Source: Magallana gigas (taxonomy: Eukaryota). From it: a stretch of DNA of 64,000 bases. The DNA is taken from positions 54,064,001 through 54,128,000 of the forward strand of contig NC_088857.1 in NCBI RefSeq assembly GCF_963853765.1, given 5' to 3'. The notes below the pieces were generated by a model. That model made no database searches. It was not told the DNA's origin and saw only the letters and a program-made list of their open reading frames with translations. Made by a program: the position numbers and the translations under genes. This document shows positions 38,600 through 52,579 of this stretch, in pieces. Numbering within the stretch: the stretch's first letter is position 1; each line of letters begins with the position of its first letter.

Positions 38600-41077
38600 T
38601 TAACTGAGAAGAGTACATGAATATTTGGAAGAAAAAAAAACCGTGTTATTTAGTCCTTTATGATAATTTGTTCTAATAAGCCATTTATGTATATAAAAAA
38701 TGCTGGATTTGCCGTAAGAAAATTACATGTATTTCCAAAAATGCTTTAGATAATGAAAATAAAATATTATTGTCTCATAACTGCAACAGCGCGTGGATAC
38801 AAATTGAATAATAGCGCCTTATGAAAATTTGTTTGCACACACCGTTGCATTTATGAGACCCATCTTTCAAATAATAATTGTTCATTGCTTTTATTTTAGG
38901 TTTTTAAAATTTATTCACTTTCCGCAGTTATGGCTAATTTTTAAAATCTCTGCCTTATTCAACGAGTAACACGCAATTAACGAAAGAGCCACTGGAAGAG
39001 CCGAATTATGCTGACAAAAGTAGTACACAACGCTTTAAATTCTCATAACACAATTCTATTTCCCATTCTGTAATTTGATAAATTTGCTTTTGGTATACAA
39101 AAAAGTTAGATATTTAGATTCATTTAACTGTTGAAAAATATTATATCGATGAAATATTAATCAGTATATGTATAAGTTAGTCATGTTCTTCGAGAAATAT
39201 TGAAGGAAGATTGAATGCATTTATACGCACCAGATTTGGTGATTGGGTCTTATAAGTTATGCGTTAATATCACTCAAATGAATGCAATTTAATAGGGGAA
39301 AAGAAAGAGATTGTAAATATTCATTTTTAAAATGTTTTCAATCAGCTATCGTTCACTAACCATTCATTTTCACTAAATTTTAAAATCTAATAAAGTATAT
39401 TTGTATATCTCTCCTGGTGTTCAAAACGGGAGTTTGCATTGTGTTAGGAGAAACAAAGGGAAGTGTGTTATCAGTGTTTCTCAAGACCCCCATCATATCC
39501 GGTTTCTGGTGTTTCAGGAGAGGTAAATTTCATAAAAATGTTGAATTATGGCTCAAATTGTTTCCATTTTAAATACCGAATTGATTGAAGCCATTCATAT
39601 CTCCATTGATACCACACTGACCGAATCGCGCGCGCAGTTATAGATCAGGAACCAACCCTCCGTTTTCCTGGAATCGATTCCATTTGGGAACAAAATAAAC
39701 ATCTGAACCAAACCTTCCTTTTCAATCCAGACCCCAGGATGGTTCTTTGTGGTCCGAATGACCCCTTAGGTCCCAGACTTCTCCACCCCGGGGGGTCATT
39801 AGTCCACCTCCCACACATAGGCCAATGTGATAGTCCGGTCTCCTTTACGATACCCTATACCCTACCGTAGAAAAGCGGTTTAACAATTAATTGAATCCTA
39901 ATTTGTGTAAATTTATATCTTATTTTTAGTATGTACCTCTCTCTGATCCCACTCTCCCAATATATCGTTTGACAGTTTGGTTCATATATAATATATACCG
40001 ATACTTAAGGTGTATGAAAAGAGTTTTAAATTGTCACCCTCTTCAAGAACGTCAGCGCTTTTTTAAAGATGATAATTCCAGGATTTCAGTCAAATAAAAA
40101 ACTTTTGACTAAAAGTATATTATTCGGCGTGTTTGAAAAATGTTTCCATTGATAACAGTTAACAAACTTATTTTGCTTTTTTACGATGTTGTAAAGCAAA
40201 TAATTACATGTAAAAAGTGTAATAAAATCATGAAATGGTTATTAAAACCAAATCAGCTAAACAAAAAGAAATTAAAAGGTATAAATATTGGAGAAGAATT
40301 GAAATTGTGAATGAATCCATGACTTCGTCCTCAAGTTTAGACATTTAGGAAATGTAAAGCTCATCGGATATAATAAACAAAATCAAAAACAAATATAAAT
40401 CCAATTATATTTTATTACAAATAGGAATTCACATACATTAGTATAAACTTTATAAAACAACAAAAATATCACTGTTTGTAAAGTTACATAAATACAATAT
40501 TTCCAGGAAATCTCCAAATCTCCAACATTCCAGTGTTCTGAAAGGGGGGGGGGGGGGTTCAAAGTTTCTTTAACTCTTAACATTTGGTCTAAATCGTCCG
40601 AATCTTATCCGTCCCATTTGTCCTTCTACAGCGCTTTTTATGTTTAATGGGTACCGAAATCTTTCTTAAATGATAGGGGAAATCATGATTTGTAAGCTTT
40701 TGTAACACTTTTTAACTATTACACCCAAGGATAGGAAAGATATGATTTTATCTAAAGAGGTGAGATTGGAAGAGGGCTAGTTGTATGACTTATATACCGT
40801 GTACGGCAAATACTGATGCATTGATAACCACGACTGACACCTCTTTTGATTAACTAAGGTCCGGAATTGTGCAAACATCGGGAAGATTAAATGTACCAAA
40901 AAGATACAATCCAACAGAACGGACAAAAACACTGGAGTTATCTTAAATCAGCTTTTTTAACATCTCGCGTGATTTCCAATTCAGTTGTCTCTCTTTGCAC
41001 TGCACATTTTGCTAACAGAGAGTGCAGAACATCAATAATATGGATTTAGGGTTTTTTTAACTAACACTTTTTAATAA

Positions 41078-41370
41078 TCATAATGGACGAACTTCCAATA
41101 ACTACAACCTGCCAAATTCAGTTTCAGATTTTTAAGTTTTAATTAGTCTACCTTTGTGGTAAAATTTCTATATCAGTATTCTCTTTATCACACCCAATGT
41201 TCTTTTAACTGTGCATTTTTGTTATCATAATGGACGAACTTCCAATAACCACAACCTGCCAAATTCAGTTTCAGATTTTTAAGTTTTAATTAGTCTACCT
41301 TTGTGGTAAAATTTCTATATCAGTATTCTCTTTATCACACCCAATGTTCTTTTAACTGTGCATTTTTTGT
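41078..41370. repeat. ~147-bp tandem duplication private to unit 4
   Basis: TCATAATGGACGAACTTCCAATAAC... starts at 41078 and again at 41225. Confidence 0.85.
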
Positions 41371-43110
41371 TCTAAGGTCATTTTAAAAGTAGTTAATTGC
41401 TTTGTATAACCAAACGTCTTAAAGTAAATAAGCAAAAATTATGAAAGTACCATATTAATTACTGCTATAATTTCGAAAGCAAAGAATAAACCCTGTACCT
41501 AACGTTCTTGTAGAAAGACTGGAATTTTTTTCCTATTCTGAAGTAACATTCTCACTAAATGTTATGGTGACACCACCTTTAAACTATTTACACTCTTACT
41601 TTTTCATCTATTCAGTCAATGTTCTACAAATATTATTGCCGGCATTAAACATTGTTAAACAAAGCCGACAACACACCCATAGTAGGATGGATAAGAAAGT
41701 GAAAATCGAGATTATCGATAACTATATCTGTATCAACAATTATATCTATAATATTAATTCTAATTTCAACATTTCCAACTCTTGAGATAACCAATATTTT
41801 ACACGGCATAATGGTCAATATTTAAAATATGCCAATATTGACATGTACATGGGTGTCATAATAATCTGGAATGGCGTCCTCCATTAAATCACTTGTGCTG
41901 GTTGTTTTATAAAGGGGATATTTGTAGGGGTGAGTCCAATTGACAATTACGATAAGAAGTAATATTTTTTCAACCTGTTTTAAACAGCCCAACTGAAAAT
42001 ACATTGTAGTTGGCAAATATAGTTTCACTATATCGTGTGTTCAAAAACATTAAATCTTTCTCTATTAAGTATCAATAAATCAACATCTGTTTACACTGAT
42101 AAAGATTTTTAAAGAAGATGGGTGAACAAGGCGTGTAAAATGCAATTTTTTCAATAATAATTAAAAACAGTGTATATGTAATGTAATATCGGTTTGTAAC
42201 CCTTAAATATTTTAAATACATTTAATAGGTTGATTTAAACTGGCGTGTACGTGTCAAAATCTCCAAATAGTGTTATTTTTATAACTTCAATGCCTTTTCT
42301 TTTATAGAATGGGTCGGAGCTCCATATGTGTGTCATAGTCTAAATGCGGTTTGATGGAATTTAAACAGATTTCCATCAACAAAAAATGTGGAGAGATGAC
42401 ACACTATAGTTTTAAAATGTCATTTTGTAGCCTAACAATTGAACGTTTTGGTGAAATAACCAAAGTCCGTAAATCCGTAGCCAATGTCTCATATACCATT
42501 TAAACAACGCACTTTGTTGTGTATGAAATGGCTCAGTGGTTAGAGCACCAGACAAAATAAAAGATAAAAAAAAAAGAGCACCAGATATTAGGTAAAATAG
42601 AACTTGGGTTTTTAGGTTGTGGGTTCGATACCACCAAAACGTAAGGATTTATTTTATTTTTCTTATCTTTTTTTTTAAATATTTCAAAGTGAATATATTA
42701 AAAAATTACCCTTTTGTAAACTTATATTATAACATTTCAAATATATTTAAATGAAAAAAAATTTTAAATTTGAAATTGTATTTTATGACTAAAGCAGATG
42801 GGCAATTGCGCCATCTTATTCCCCCATATTCTTATTGTGAAAGAGTCCATAATTTAGTCTTCAAGATTGGTTGTAAAGCTCAACGGTTATAACTATTACA
42901 TTTCATAATGCAAAACAAATATTATTTCAAATATTTTTTATTACAAATAGGATTTCATATATAAGTATTGTCCTTATTACAGACATACAGAAATATCACA
43001 GTAAAATTTTGGCAAATGAGACCGCCCTCCTAGGAGTACAGAAAAGTCAGACAATGAATTATCCAACATTGTGCTGTTCCGAGAGGGGTGAAAGTTCTAC
43101 CATCAGTTAA

Positions 43111-43966
43111 TTAGGGTCCAAATCGTCCGCCATTTTGAATACCGAACTGATCTATGTCACCAAGACCTCCAATGAAACCACCCTGTCCAAATCGCCCGCC
43201 GAACTGTTGATCTGTGAACAGTCCTCCGTTAATTTGAGAATCGATTCCACCAGGAAACAAAGGAATGTCTGAGCCAAATCTTCCTCTAGGTCCAAAAGGT
43301 CCCCTTGGTCCGAGGTCATCGCCCCAGACTCCTCCACCCCCGGGGGTTAATGGTCCACCTCCTACACAGATGTCGATGACACAGTCTGGACATTGGATTC
43401 CATTGTATGTGAAGAACTGTGGTCTTCTGCATTCTTGTGGGATGAAATGTTGTGTTTGTAGGCAGTGTCTTGGAGGACACATTACCGGCTTTTCTGGAAG
43501 CAGTCCTTTTCCTCCCGGATATACATTGTCTGTCTTGATAATTGGCTTTTTCAGTCCTTTCTTTGATCCACCAATGAATCCCCTGTTATGAAATCCGTCC
43601 AAAAATCCTGACTTCTTTTTACCTATGATTCCACCGCCAAGCTTAGGCCCATACACAATTTCTTTCTTTATCGGAATTCTTTTCTTGCCGTATCGCCTAC
43701 CTAAATGGTCAAAAGACGAATCATTACAGAATATTTATGAAAAATTATTGTCAAAACGGTTCATAGATTCATACAATACCTTGCTCATTACATTTTTTCA
43801 GAAATAGAACTTTCAAACAGTCAATGAGTACACCACCAAAACCAATACTTTGCAAACATAGCACAACTTTATTAGAGACTTTGCCTCATTTAAGCATGAA
43901 TATTAACATACCTTCCGTGGCAGCAATGGCGATGATTAGAGCAGCAGCTAGGAGAAAACACTTCAT
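43111..43966 (-). CDS. Secreted Gly/Lys-rich 6-Cys-domain protein, copy 4 (214 aa)
   Basis: Exon 1 at 43912-43966 and exon 2 at 43111-43700; intact. Confidence 0.85.
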
Positions 43967-46900
43967 AGTGGACAGGTAGTGTAGTGGTGTGAAGAATCCT
44001 AGTCGGACTCCATGTATAAATACACAATCCATGTGACGTAATCATTTCAGAAATCAAATGCATGGTCATATCTACTGGTTCAAATCCTTATACGTAAATA
44101 GAACGACTCTTCCATATCAATACAGGTTTATTGCCTGAAACGTCCATGCACGGTAGCCATTGTGACGTCAACTGTTGACAGTTAAAGGGGATTTCCCTAT
44201 CTTAAGATAGTGTTCGTCTTGTGAGCAAAAACTGCAACGAAGGAAGTATTACTATAGTAATGTATACTTTTTGGCAGTGCTTTGAAGTTTTTTTAATGAA
44301 TTAATCATAAAACAAATTGAGACAAGGTTCACTGCGCATTGATTATTAAATTTGCGTAAAAAATAATTGTTTAAACGTTCAACACACGCTCAGTGATCAT
44401 CATATCAACAAAATTATTGATATCGAGATGAGTTAAGATTTACCTTGAGATATAATTTACAAAACAAAGAACCTTCAACCATCAATTTTCAACTGAAACA
44501 GTCATATGAAAACTCGTAAAATTTATAAACAAGTGAAAAGCTGTCAATGTGACAGCAAACCGGGTTTTCTTTTTATGTGAACTGTATCCATAATCCAAGT
44601 CAACCCTGATTTGAAAAACACTACCTAACGTATCCAGTGAAATGAAGTACCCTATATGCAATATTTGGCCAAAAAATGACTAAGTTGAAAAGCTGGTTTT
44701 AAAAAAAAATATCAGAAATCAAAATCCTAGCAATATACACACCTCTGATATATGTACAATTGATCTGCAAAAGAACAACTTCCTATCTTAAAAACTGTAG
44801 GAGGAGTTATCCGTACAATGAGGGTACCCTTGTGGCAGCCGCTTGCCCGCCCGCCATTTTCACCATTTTAATAACCGGATTTTTCCGTTAGAAAAACCCG
44901 GTTAAAAATGAAGAAAATACACAATGTGTGATTTTATATACAGTAGCATTGGTGTTGAATTTCATAATATTTTGGAATGTCTGTATTTTGCTAACAAAAA
45001 AGATTTTTGTACAAGAAATACCGTGAACTTTAAATAGGCTGATCAAGTAGATAAATATATAATGTAAAAAAAACCTCAAATTAAAACTGATATAGAAGTT
45101 ATAAGGAGGTTTTCTCTTCCTCGAACCTTTACAATATACTTTTATAATGAACTTGTGATTCTTGCCTTTTTGTTGTTTATTTACAGATGTATTTTAATAT
45201 GTACTTTTATATATCAGTGGCGTGGTTTTGAGTAAATAAAAATAAAAATTGGTAACCCAATAACTCAGTTTTTATATAAACATGTACATCTATTTATGTT
45301 CAATGCCGTTAAGATACTTGGGACAGTGTATTCAATAGGTAACAAGGACATGGTGTCTCGGTCAGTGACGTAATGACATGAGTTACAATGAAAGAGTAGT
45401 AGTGTCATACTGCTGACAGCTCAGACACTGGTAATAATGATACGACAGGTAACTGTTACAATATGCTTTAGAATCAATTACACCAAAGCTGATTGGTGCG
45501 GTTGTATTAATATTTCATGGAACATGTAAAACAATGCTTTTATTTCCCATATGTAATGACATATTTTTTCTTGATATTTGAATAAAAGAAACATATTAGA
45601 AACACGTTTTTACAATACAGCTTTACTGAGAAGAACACATGAATATTTACAGAAAAAAAAGTGTGATTTAGTCCTTCCGCAATTATGACTAATTTTCAAA
45701 AATCTCTGCATTACTCAATGAGTAATGTGCAATTAACGGAAGAGTCATTGGAAGAGCCGAATTATGCTGACAAAAGTAGTGCACAACACTTTAAATTCTA
45801 ATAACACAATTCTATTTCCCATTATGTAATTTGATGAATTTGCTTTTGTTATACGAAAAAAATAGTAAATTCAATTCATTTAATGTTGAAAAATATTAAC
45901 ATCAATGAAATATTAATCAGTATATGTATAAGTCAGGCATGTTCTTCGAGAAATACTGAAGGAAGATTGAATGTATTTATACGCACCAGATTTGGTGATT
46001 GGGTCTTATAAGTTATACGTTAATATCACTCAAATGAATGCAATTTAATAGAGGAAAAGAAAGAGATTGTAAATATTCTTTTTTAAAATGTTTTTAATCA
46101 GCTATCGGTCACTGTAACCATTCATTTTCACTCAAGTTTAAAATCCAATAAAACATACATGTAAATCTCTCCTGGTGTTCAAAGAGGGAGTTTGCATTGT
46201 GTTAGGAGAAACAAGGGAAGTGTGTTATCAGTGTTTCTCAAGACCCCCATCATATCCGGTGTTTCAGGAGAGGTAAATATTATAAAATTGTTGAATTATG
46301 GCTCAAATTGTTTCCATTTTAAATACCGAATAGATCGAAGCCACCCATATCTCCATTGATACCACACTGACCGAATCGCGCGCGCAATTATAGATCAGGA
46401 ACCAACCCTCCGTTTTCCTGGAATAGATTCCGTTGGGAACTAAATGAACATCTAAACCAAACCTTCCTTTTCAATTCAGACCCCCCCCCCCCCCCCCCGG
46501 GATGGTTCTTCGTGGTCCGAATGAACCCTTGGTTCCAGACTTCTCCACCCCCAGGGGTCAATGGTCCACCTCCCACACATAGGTCAATGTCATAGTCCGG
46601 TCTCCTTTACGATAACCTATACTGTACCGTAGAAAAGCGGTTTTACAATTAATTGAATCCTAATTTGTGTAAATTTATATCTTATTTTTAGTATGTACCT
46701 CTCTATGATCCCACTCTCCCAATATATCGTTTGACAGTTTGGTTCATATATAATATATACCGATACCTAAGGTGTATGAAAAGAGTTTTAAATTGTCACC
46801 CTCTTCAAGAATGTCAGCACTTTTTTTTAAGATGATATTTCAAGAATTTCAGTCAATTAAAAAACTTTTGACTAAAAGTATATTATTCGGCGTGTTTGAA

Positions 46901-47299
46901 AAAAGTTTCCATTTATAACAGTTAACAAACTTATTTTGCTTTATACGATGTTGTAAAGCATATAATTACTTTTTAAAAAGTGTAATAAAATCATGAAATG
47001 GTTATTATAACCAAATCAGCTAGGTAAAAAGAAATTAAAAGGTATAAATATTGGAGAAGAATTGAAATTGTGAATGAATTCATGATTTCGTCGTCAAGTT
47101 TTGACATTTAGGAAATATTAAGCTCATCGGAAATAATAAACAAAATCCTAAAAAAATATTAATCCAATCATATTTTATTACAAATAGGATTTCACATACG
47201 TTTAAATTTTATAAAACAACAAAGATATCACAGTTTGTAAAGTTACATAAATACAATATATCAAAATGCAAAACAAATATTATTTCTTTGACTGTTAAC

Positions 47300-47895
47300 C
47301 TATGGTCCAAATCGTCCGCCATTTTGAAGACCAAACTGATCGAAGCTACCCAGACCTCCACTGAAATCATTCTGACCGAACCGCCCACCAAACTGTGGAT
47401 CCGGGAACAGCCCTCCGTTGATCTGAGTGTTAATTCCACCAGGAACTAATGGAATGTTTGAGCCAAATCTTCCTCCGGGCCCAAAACGTCCCCTGGGTCC
47501 GAGTCCTTTATTTGATCCACCAATGAATCTCCTGTTTTGAAATCCGTCTAAGAATCCTGATTTCTTTTTACCTATGATTCCACTGCCAAGCTTAGGTCTA
47601 TATACGATTTCTTTCTTTATTGGAATTCTTTTCTCGCCGTATCGTCTGCCTGGAAGGTCGAAAGAGCAGAACTTATAGAAAGTTTGTTGAAGGCAAATAA
47701 TCATACATATAGATCAACGACAACATTTTAAGAGTATCATACCACAATATTCTTACTAGCATTACATTTTTCATCAATTGCGCTTTTTTGTACCTTGATT
47801 TTGTAAATTCAGTAATATGAACCATGACAATGAACCGTACCTTCAGTGGCAGCAATGGCGATTATTAGAGCAGCGGCTAGGAGAAAACACTTCAT
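47300..47895 (-). CDS. Family copy 5 lacking the Cys domain (134 aa)
   Basis: Exon 1 at 47841-47895 (same signal peptide, GTACG donor) and exon 2 at 47300-47649. GGSNKGL joins directly to GPRGRFG, an 80-codon in-frame deletion relative to copies 1-4. Confidence 0.75.
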
Positions 47896-48643
47896 AGTGG
47901 ACAGCTTGTGTGATGGTCTGAGGAATCTAAGTCTGACCCCATGTATAAATACACAGTCGACATGACGTAATCATTTCAGAAATTAAATGTACGGCAATTC
48001 TGTTGGTTAAAATCTTCCTACGTAAAATTAACTATTTCCATCTCAGAATAGTTCATGACCTGAAACGTGCATGCACGGTAGCCGCCGTGACGTCAACTAT
48101 TGACATTTTGAGGATTTTTTATAATTTTGTGTGTTATGTTAAGCAAAGCTAAGGAGCATTTCATTTATAAAACAAGACAAAGATTATTGTAACATGAGAC
48201 CGAAATGACTGGATCCTTAATATATATCGATATAATTAATGGTTAATTTAACTTGTGTTGCGGGTTTAGTTAATGCTCAGGGGGTTTTTTTCCATGTCAA
48301 CAACATTACCTTTTATTTAGTTGTGATTTTTAATTTTGATATTGGAAATAATTTCAAAAAGTAAAAAGAATGCTTTCTTTTGATAAAAGTAAAAAGAATG
48401 CTTTCTTTTACAAAATATCTTTTTATATTTTTATTAATGACGTTAAGACAATGTGGGTCATCGTATTCAGTGGTGACCAGCCAAGGACAAGGTGTTTCGG
48501 TCAGTGACTTTATGACCATTGTCGCGATAAATGTGTAAATGTTGTAACATCCAATGCCTAAGAAATATTTAACTGACAATGCTAAATGACAACGTTAAAA
48601 ATTAATTTTTGGAACAAAGTTATAATTCAACTATTCGCACACT

Positions 48644-49260
48644 GTTTGTAATTTCAAAGGAATACTCTCTATAGAAATACTCGGTTTATAATTTTATAGG
48701 AATACTCTGTTTAAAAAGACTCGGTTTAAAATTTTAAAGGAATACTCTCTTTCAAAAGAATCGGTTTATAATTTTAAAGGAATACTCTCTTTAGAAAGGC
48801 ACGGTTAATAATTTTAAAGGAATACTCTCTTTAGAATACTCTCTTTAGAGAGACACGGTTTATAATTTCAAAGGAATACTCTCTTTAGAAAGACACGGTT
48901 TATAATTTTAAAGGAATACTCTCTTTAAAAAGACTCGGTTTATAATTTTAAAGGAATAATCTCTTTAGAAAGACACGGTTTATAATTTTATAGGAATACT
49001 CTCTTTAAAAAGACTCCGTTTAAAATTTAAAAGGAATACTCTCTTTCAAAAGACTCGGTTTATAATTTTAAAGGAATACTCTCTTTAGAAAGACACGGTT
49101 TATAATTTCAAAGGAATACTCTCTTTAGAATACTCTCTTTAGAGAGACACGGTTTATAATTTCAAAGGAATAATCTCTTTAAAAAGACTCGGTTTAAAAT
49201 TTTAAAGGAATACTCTCTTTAGAAAGACTCGGTTTATAATTTTAAAGGAATACTCTCTAT
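48644..49260. repeat. 40-bp minisatellite, ~15 copies
   Basis: Unit AAGGAATACTCTCTTTAGAAAGACTCGGTTTATAATTTTA; two units carry an internal GAATACTCTCTTTA duplication; no unique spacers. Confidence 0.92.
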
Positions 49261-50779
49261 TGAATCGTTTGCTGGTCTCCTGTATTGTGTTGTTTATTGG
49301 TCAACAGCTGAACAGCTCATAGACATATACAAGACAATTGAGATACACATGATAAATAAATATACATATAAACGGATCTTTGTATCGGTATCGCTGAATT
49401 TGGCGATTACTGGTCTGGGTGCGCCCCTACCCCCTACCCTACCTGGAATTAGATGGAGGGCTTAAATATCGGCTGTTGATAGGTCGACGATCACCATCTC
49501 TTTTGTGATGCGGCACAGTATTAAAACTCTCATTACAATATTTCCTCAGAGCATTCATACATTGTAATGACAATTGTTTTTGAGTAACATGAAATTTGCC
49601 ATTGTAATTCAACAGAAGTCTGAGATAATAAAAACTGTTCCCTACTTGAGTCTGTTCGCATTTATAAAACCATACATCGTCTTTTCGTAAAATTACCAAA
49701 TTTCTGCAAACCATTATTTTTGTTTTCTTTACATTAACCGTTAACGACTATTTCTCTGTATAATTTTCTAATGCATTCAACATTGACTTTAAGTCATAAA
49801 CAGACAAAGAATGAATAACCATGTCGTTTGCGTAAAAATAAGGAGAGCTCTTATAATTCAATTGGTGAATCGCCATTACTGAAAAATTCCATTTCACAAA
49901 CATTGTCACAGAGAGAAAAAAAGAAATTCGTCATTCGAGCATTACACGTATCAGTTTTATCATTATTGGTACAGTACGTGGTGAGTTATAGAAGGATTTT
50001 TGATGTAACAATTTTATTGCTGTTAGATATTACGCATTGAGTAATTTTTATTTACAAACACCAGGTACATGTATATCATAGTTTAATTTGGGGTATTCCA
50101 AATCATCTTTTATAACTTGGTTGCAAAAAAGTAAAACACAAGTTATAGGGAACAGATCTTTGTCATAAAATATTTCTATCTTTGAAGGAGGGATTCCTAT
50201 GACACCATCATTTTAATGTATAGCGGGTCTCTTCCGGGTATTTGAACCATTAGCTGACTTAAAATATTCCGACAAAATAATAATTTAACGAATTAGTTCA
50301 TCTTTTGTTTATTTTCATTAAAATCAGTTTTTAGTGGTAAAAAAAATATTAAATTGTTTCGTTGTTAGTATCAATATGATTTGTATTGTATACATATTTC
50401 TATTGTTGTTTATCAACCAGTATACATGTAGTTTATATATCAAATGTCAAAAAAAGTTAAATATAAATCAAAACTCATCCGTTGACTTAAAAGCAGTTAA
50501 CAAAAAATGTTACAGTAGATTTTCATCAATGAACTGAACTGAATCGGCGTTCCAAATAGCATCCCATCTTTTTGTTTTATAACCAACGTGTTGTTATATT
50601 AAAAACAATACCTACGCTTTATGTAACGTTTATGTTATATTGATGTATACACTATAATGTCATACACTATAAGATCACAAATTTAAAGCAGTAATTAGAT
50701 CATCAATATTTTATTATAAAGGGATTTCATGTGCATTTTATACAAACAAGCAAATATAAATATCACAGGTTTCAATAAG

Positions 50780-51789
50780 TTAGACAAAACTAGACCGCCT
50801 GTTTAGACGTAGAGTATTGTCATTCCAAGAATTCCCGAAATCCCCAACATTTCCTGTGTTCCAAGAGGGGTCAAAGTCTCCGAAACCTGTATTGAGACGA
50901 TTAACAAGTCCATTTCTACCATTGTTAAATGAGGGTCCGAACTGTCCGCCATTTTGAATACCGAACTGATCGAATCCGCCCAAATCTCCATTTAAACCTC
51001 CCTGACCAAACCGCCCACCCTGACCGAACCGCCCACCGAACTGTTGATCTGGGAACAGTCCTCCGTTGATCTGAGAATCAATTCCACCGGGAACCAAAGG
51101 AATATCTGAACCAAATCTTCCCTGCCAGCCGAGATCTCCAGGGATGGTTCCTCTGGGTCCGAAAGGTCCCCTGGGTCTGAGACCATCGCCCCAGACTCCT
51201 CCACCCCCGGGGGTTAATGGTCCACCTCCCACACAGATGTCGATGTCACAGTCCGGGCATTGGATTCCATTGTGTGTGAAGAACTGTGGTCTTCTGCATT
51301 CTTGTGGAATGAATTGTTGTGTCTGTAGGCAGTGTCTGGGGGGACACATTACCGGCTTCTCCGGAAGCAGGCCTTTTTCTCCTGGTATTATTTTGCTTTC
51401 TTTGATAATTGGCTTTTCAAGTCCTTTCTTTGATCCGCCAAGGAATCCTCTTTCACGAAATCCGTCCAAAAAACCTGACTTCTTTTTTGTTATGATTCCA
51501 CCGCCAATCTTAGGCCCGTGAACGATTTCTTTCTTTATAGGAATTCTTTTCTCGCCGTATCGCCTACCTAAAAAGTTGAAGGGGAAAAATAATGGAGAAT
51601 GTATCGAATGCAAACCTGAATGCACATCAGTCAATATGCACAATTACGAAAACGAGCACTTGGCTAATATCGCACAACGTCTTGATTCTTTAATGCTTTG
51701 ACTTTGGTATAAGCAGCATGACTATGTAACATACCTTCAGTGGCAGCAATGGCGATGATTAGAGAGGCAGCTAAGAGAAAACACTTCAT
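50780..51789 (-). CDS. Family copy 6, long form with 50-aa C-terminal tail (280 aa)
   Basis: Exon 1 at 51735-51789 (MKCFLLAASLIIAIAATE) and exon 2 at 50780-51567. Same 6-Cys domain, with an extra GTIPGDLGWQ segment, an extra GGRFGQ repeat and the tail SFNNGR...RRSSFV. Confidence 0.87.
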
Positions 51790-52579
51790 AGTGGACAGCT
51801 GGTGTACTGGTGTGAAGAATCCTAGTCGGACTCCATGTATAAATACACAATCAATGTGACGTAATCAGTGCAGGAATTAAATGCATGGTCATTTCTATTG
51901 GCTGAATATTTTTCGACGTCAAATAGAGCGAAGTCTTCTTTCTCGAAATAGGTTAATGGCCTGCACGGTAGCCACTGTGACGTCAGCAGTTGACAGTTTT
52001 GTGGAAATCCCAAACGTTAATAGTCTCTGTGCTGACCACAACCTGCAAAGCAGAAACAATAGTTTGGACATGTTCTAGATGTTGATCAAAGTTTTAGATC
52101 ATTGGTGATTAGAAGACCAACAGTGTGATACAATACTTTGTGTTGGTCACTGGGACCGGGCATTCAACTTTTATAAACAAATAATTCATTAATCACGTGT
52201 TTCAAGATCAGCGCATGCTCTGAATTTGTCTTGTTAAAAACTTTATTTTTACTTATTTAGGTGTGTTTATTTTTGCTATAAATTTGAAAGATTTTTCCTA
52301 ATATGCAATATTGAACATCTTTTTAACGTTCGGACAATTGGAAACTATATTCAATAATTGCAAGCGAAGGACGAATTGTCTCGGTCTGTGACTTTACGAC
52401 CTTGGTCTGCAGGAAATTAATTTGTCTTGTGACGTCACGTTGGCCATCATTTCTATTTATGACATTTTTTATTTTTGGCTGCGGTGTCAATGTTTTTTCA
52501 GTAATACGTAGGATAACATAAAACGTGTTGAGTTGTCCCGTATTTTTATTTCCTGCTGCATAGAATAGATCTATTGACT

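Larger units (their letters stand above)
19792..47330. repeat. Tandem segmental duplication of four units (~5.7, 6.9, 8.2 and 6.7 kb), each with one secreted-protein gene
   Basis: The unit start motif TCCCATTTG recurs at 19792, 25519, 32382 and 40612. Long near-identical non-coding blocks and the same gene recur in each unit. Confidence 0.93.

Noticed and set aside
48644-49260. CRISPR-like array
   Set aside because: Head-to-tail repeats without unique spacers, no cas genes, and eukaryotic context.
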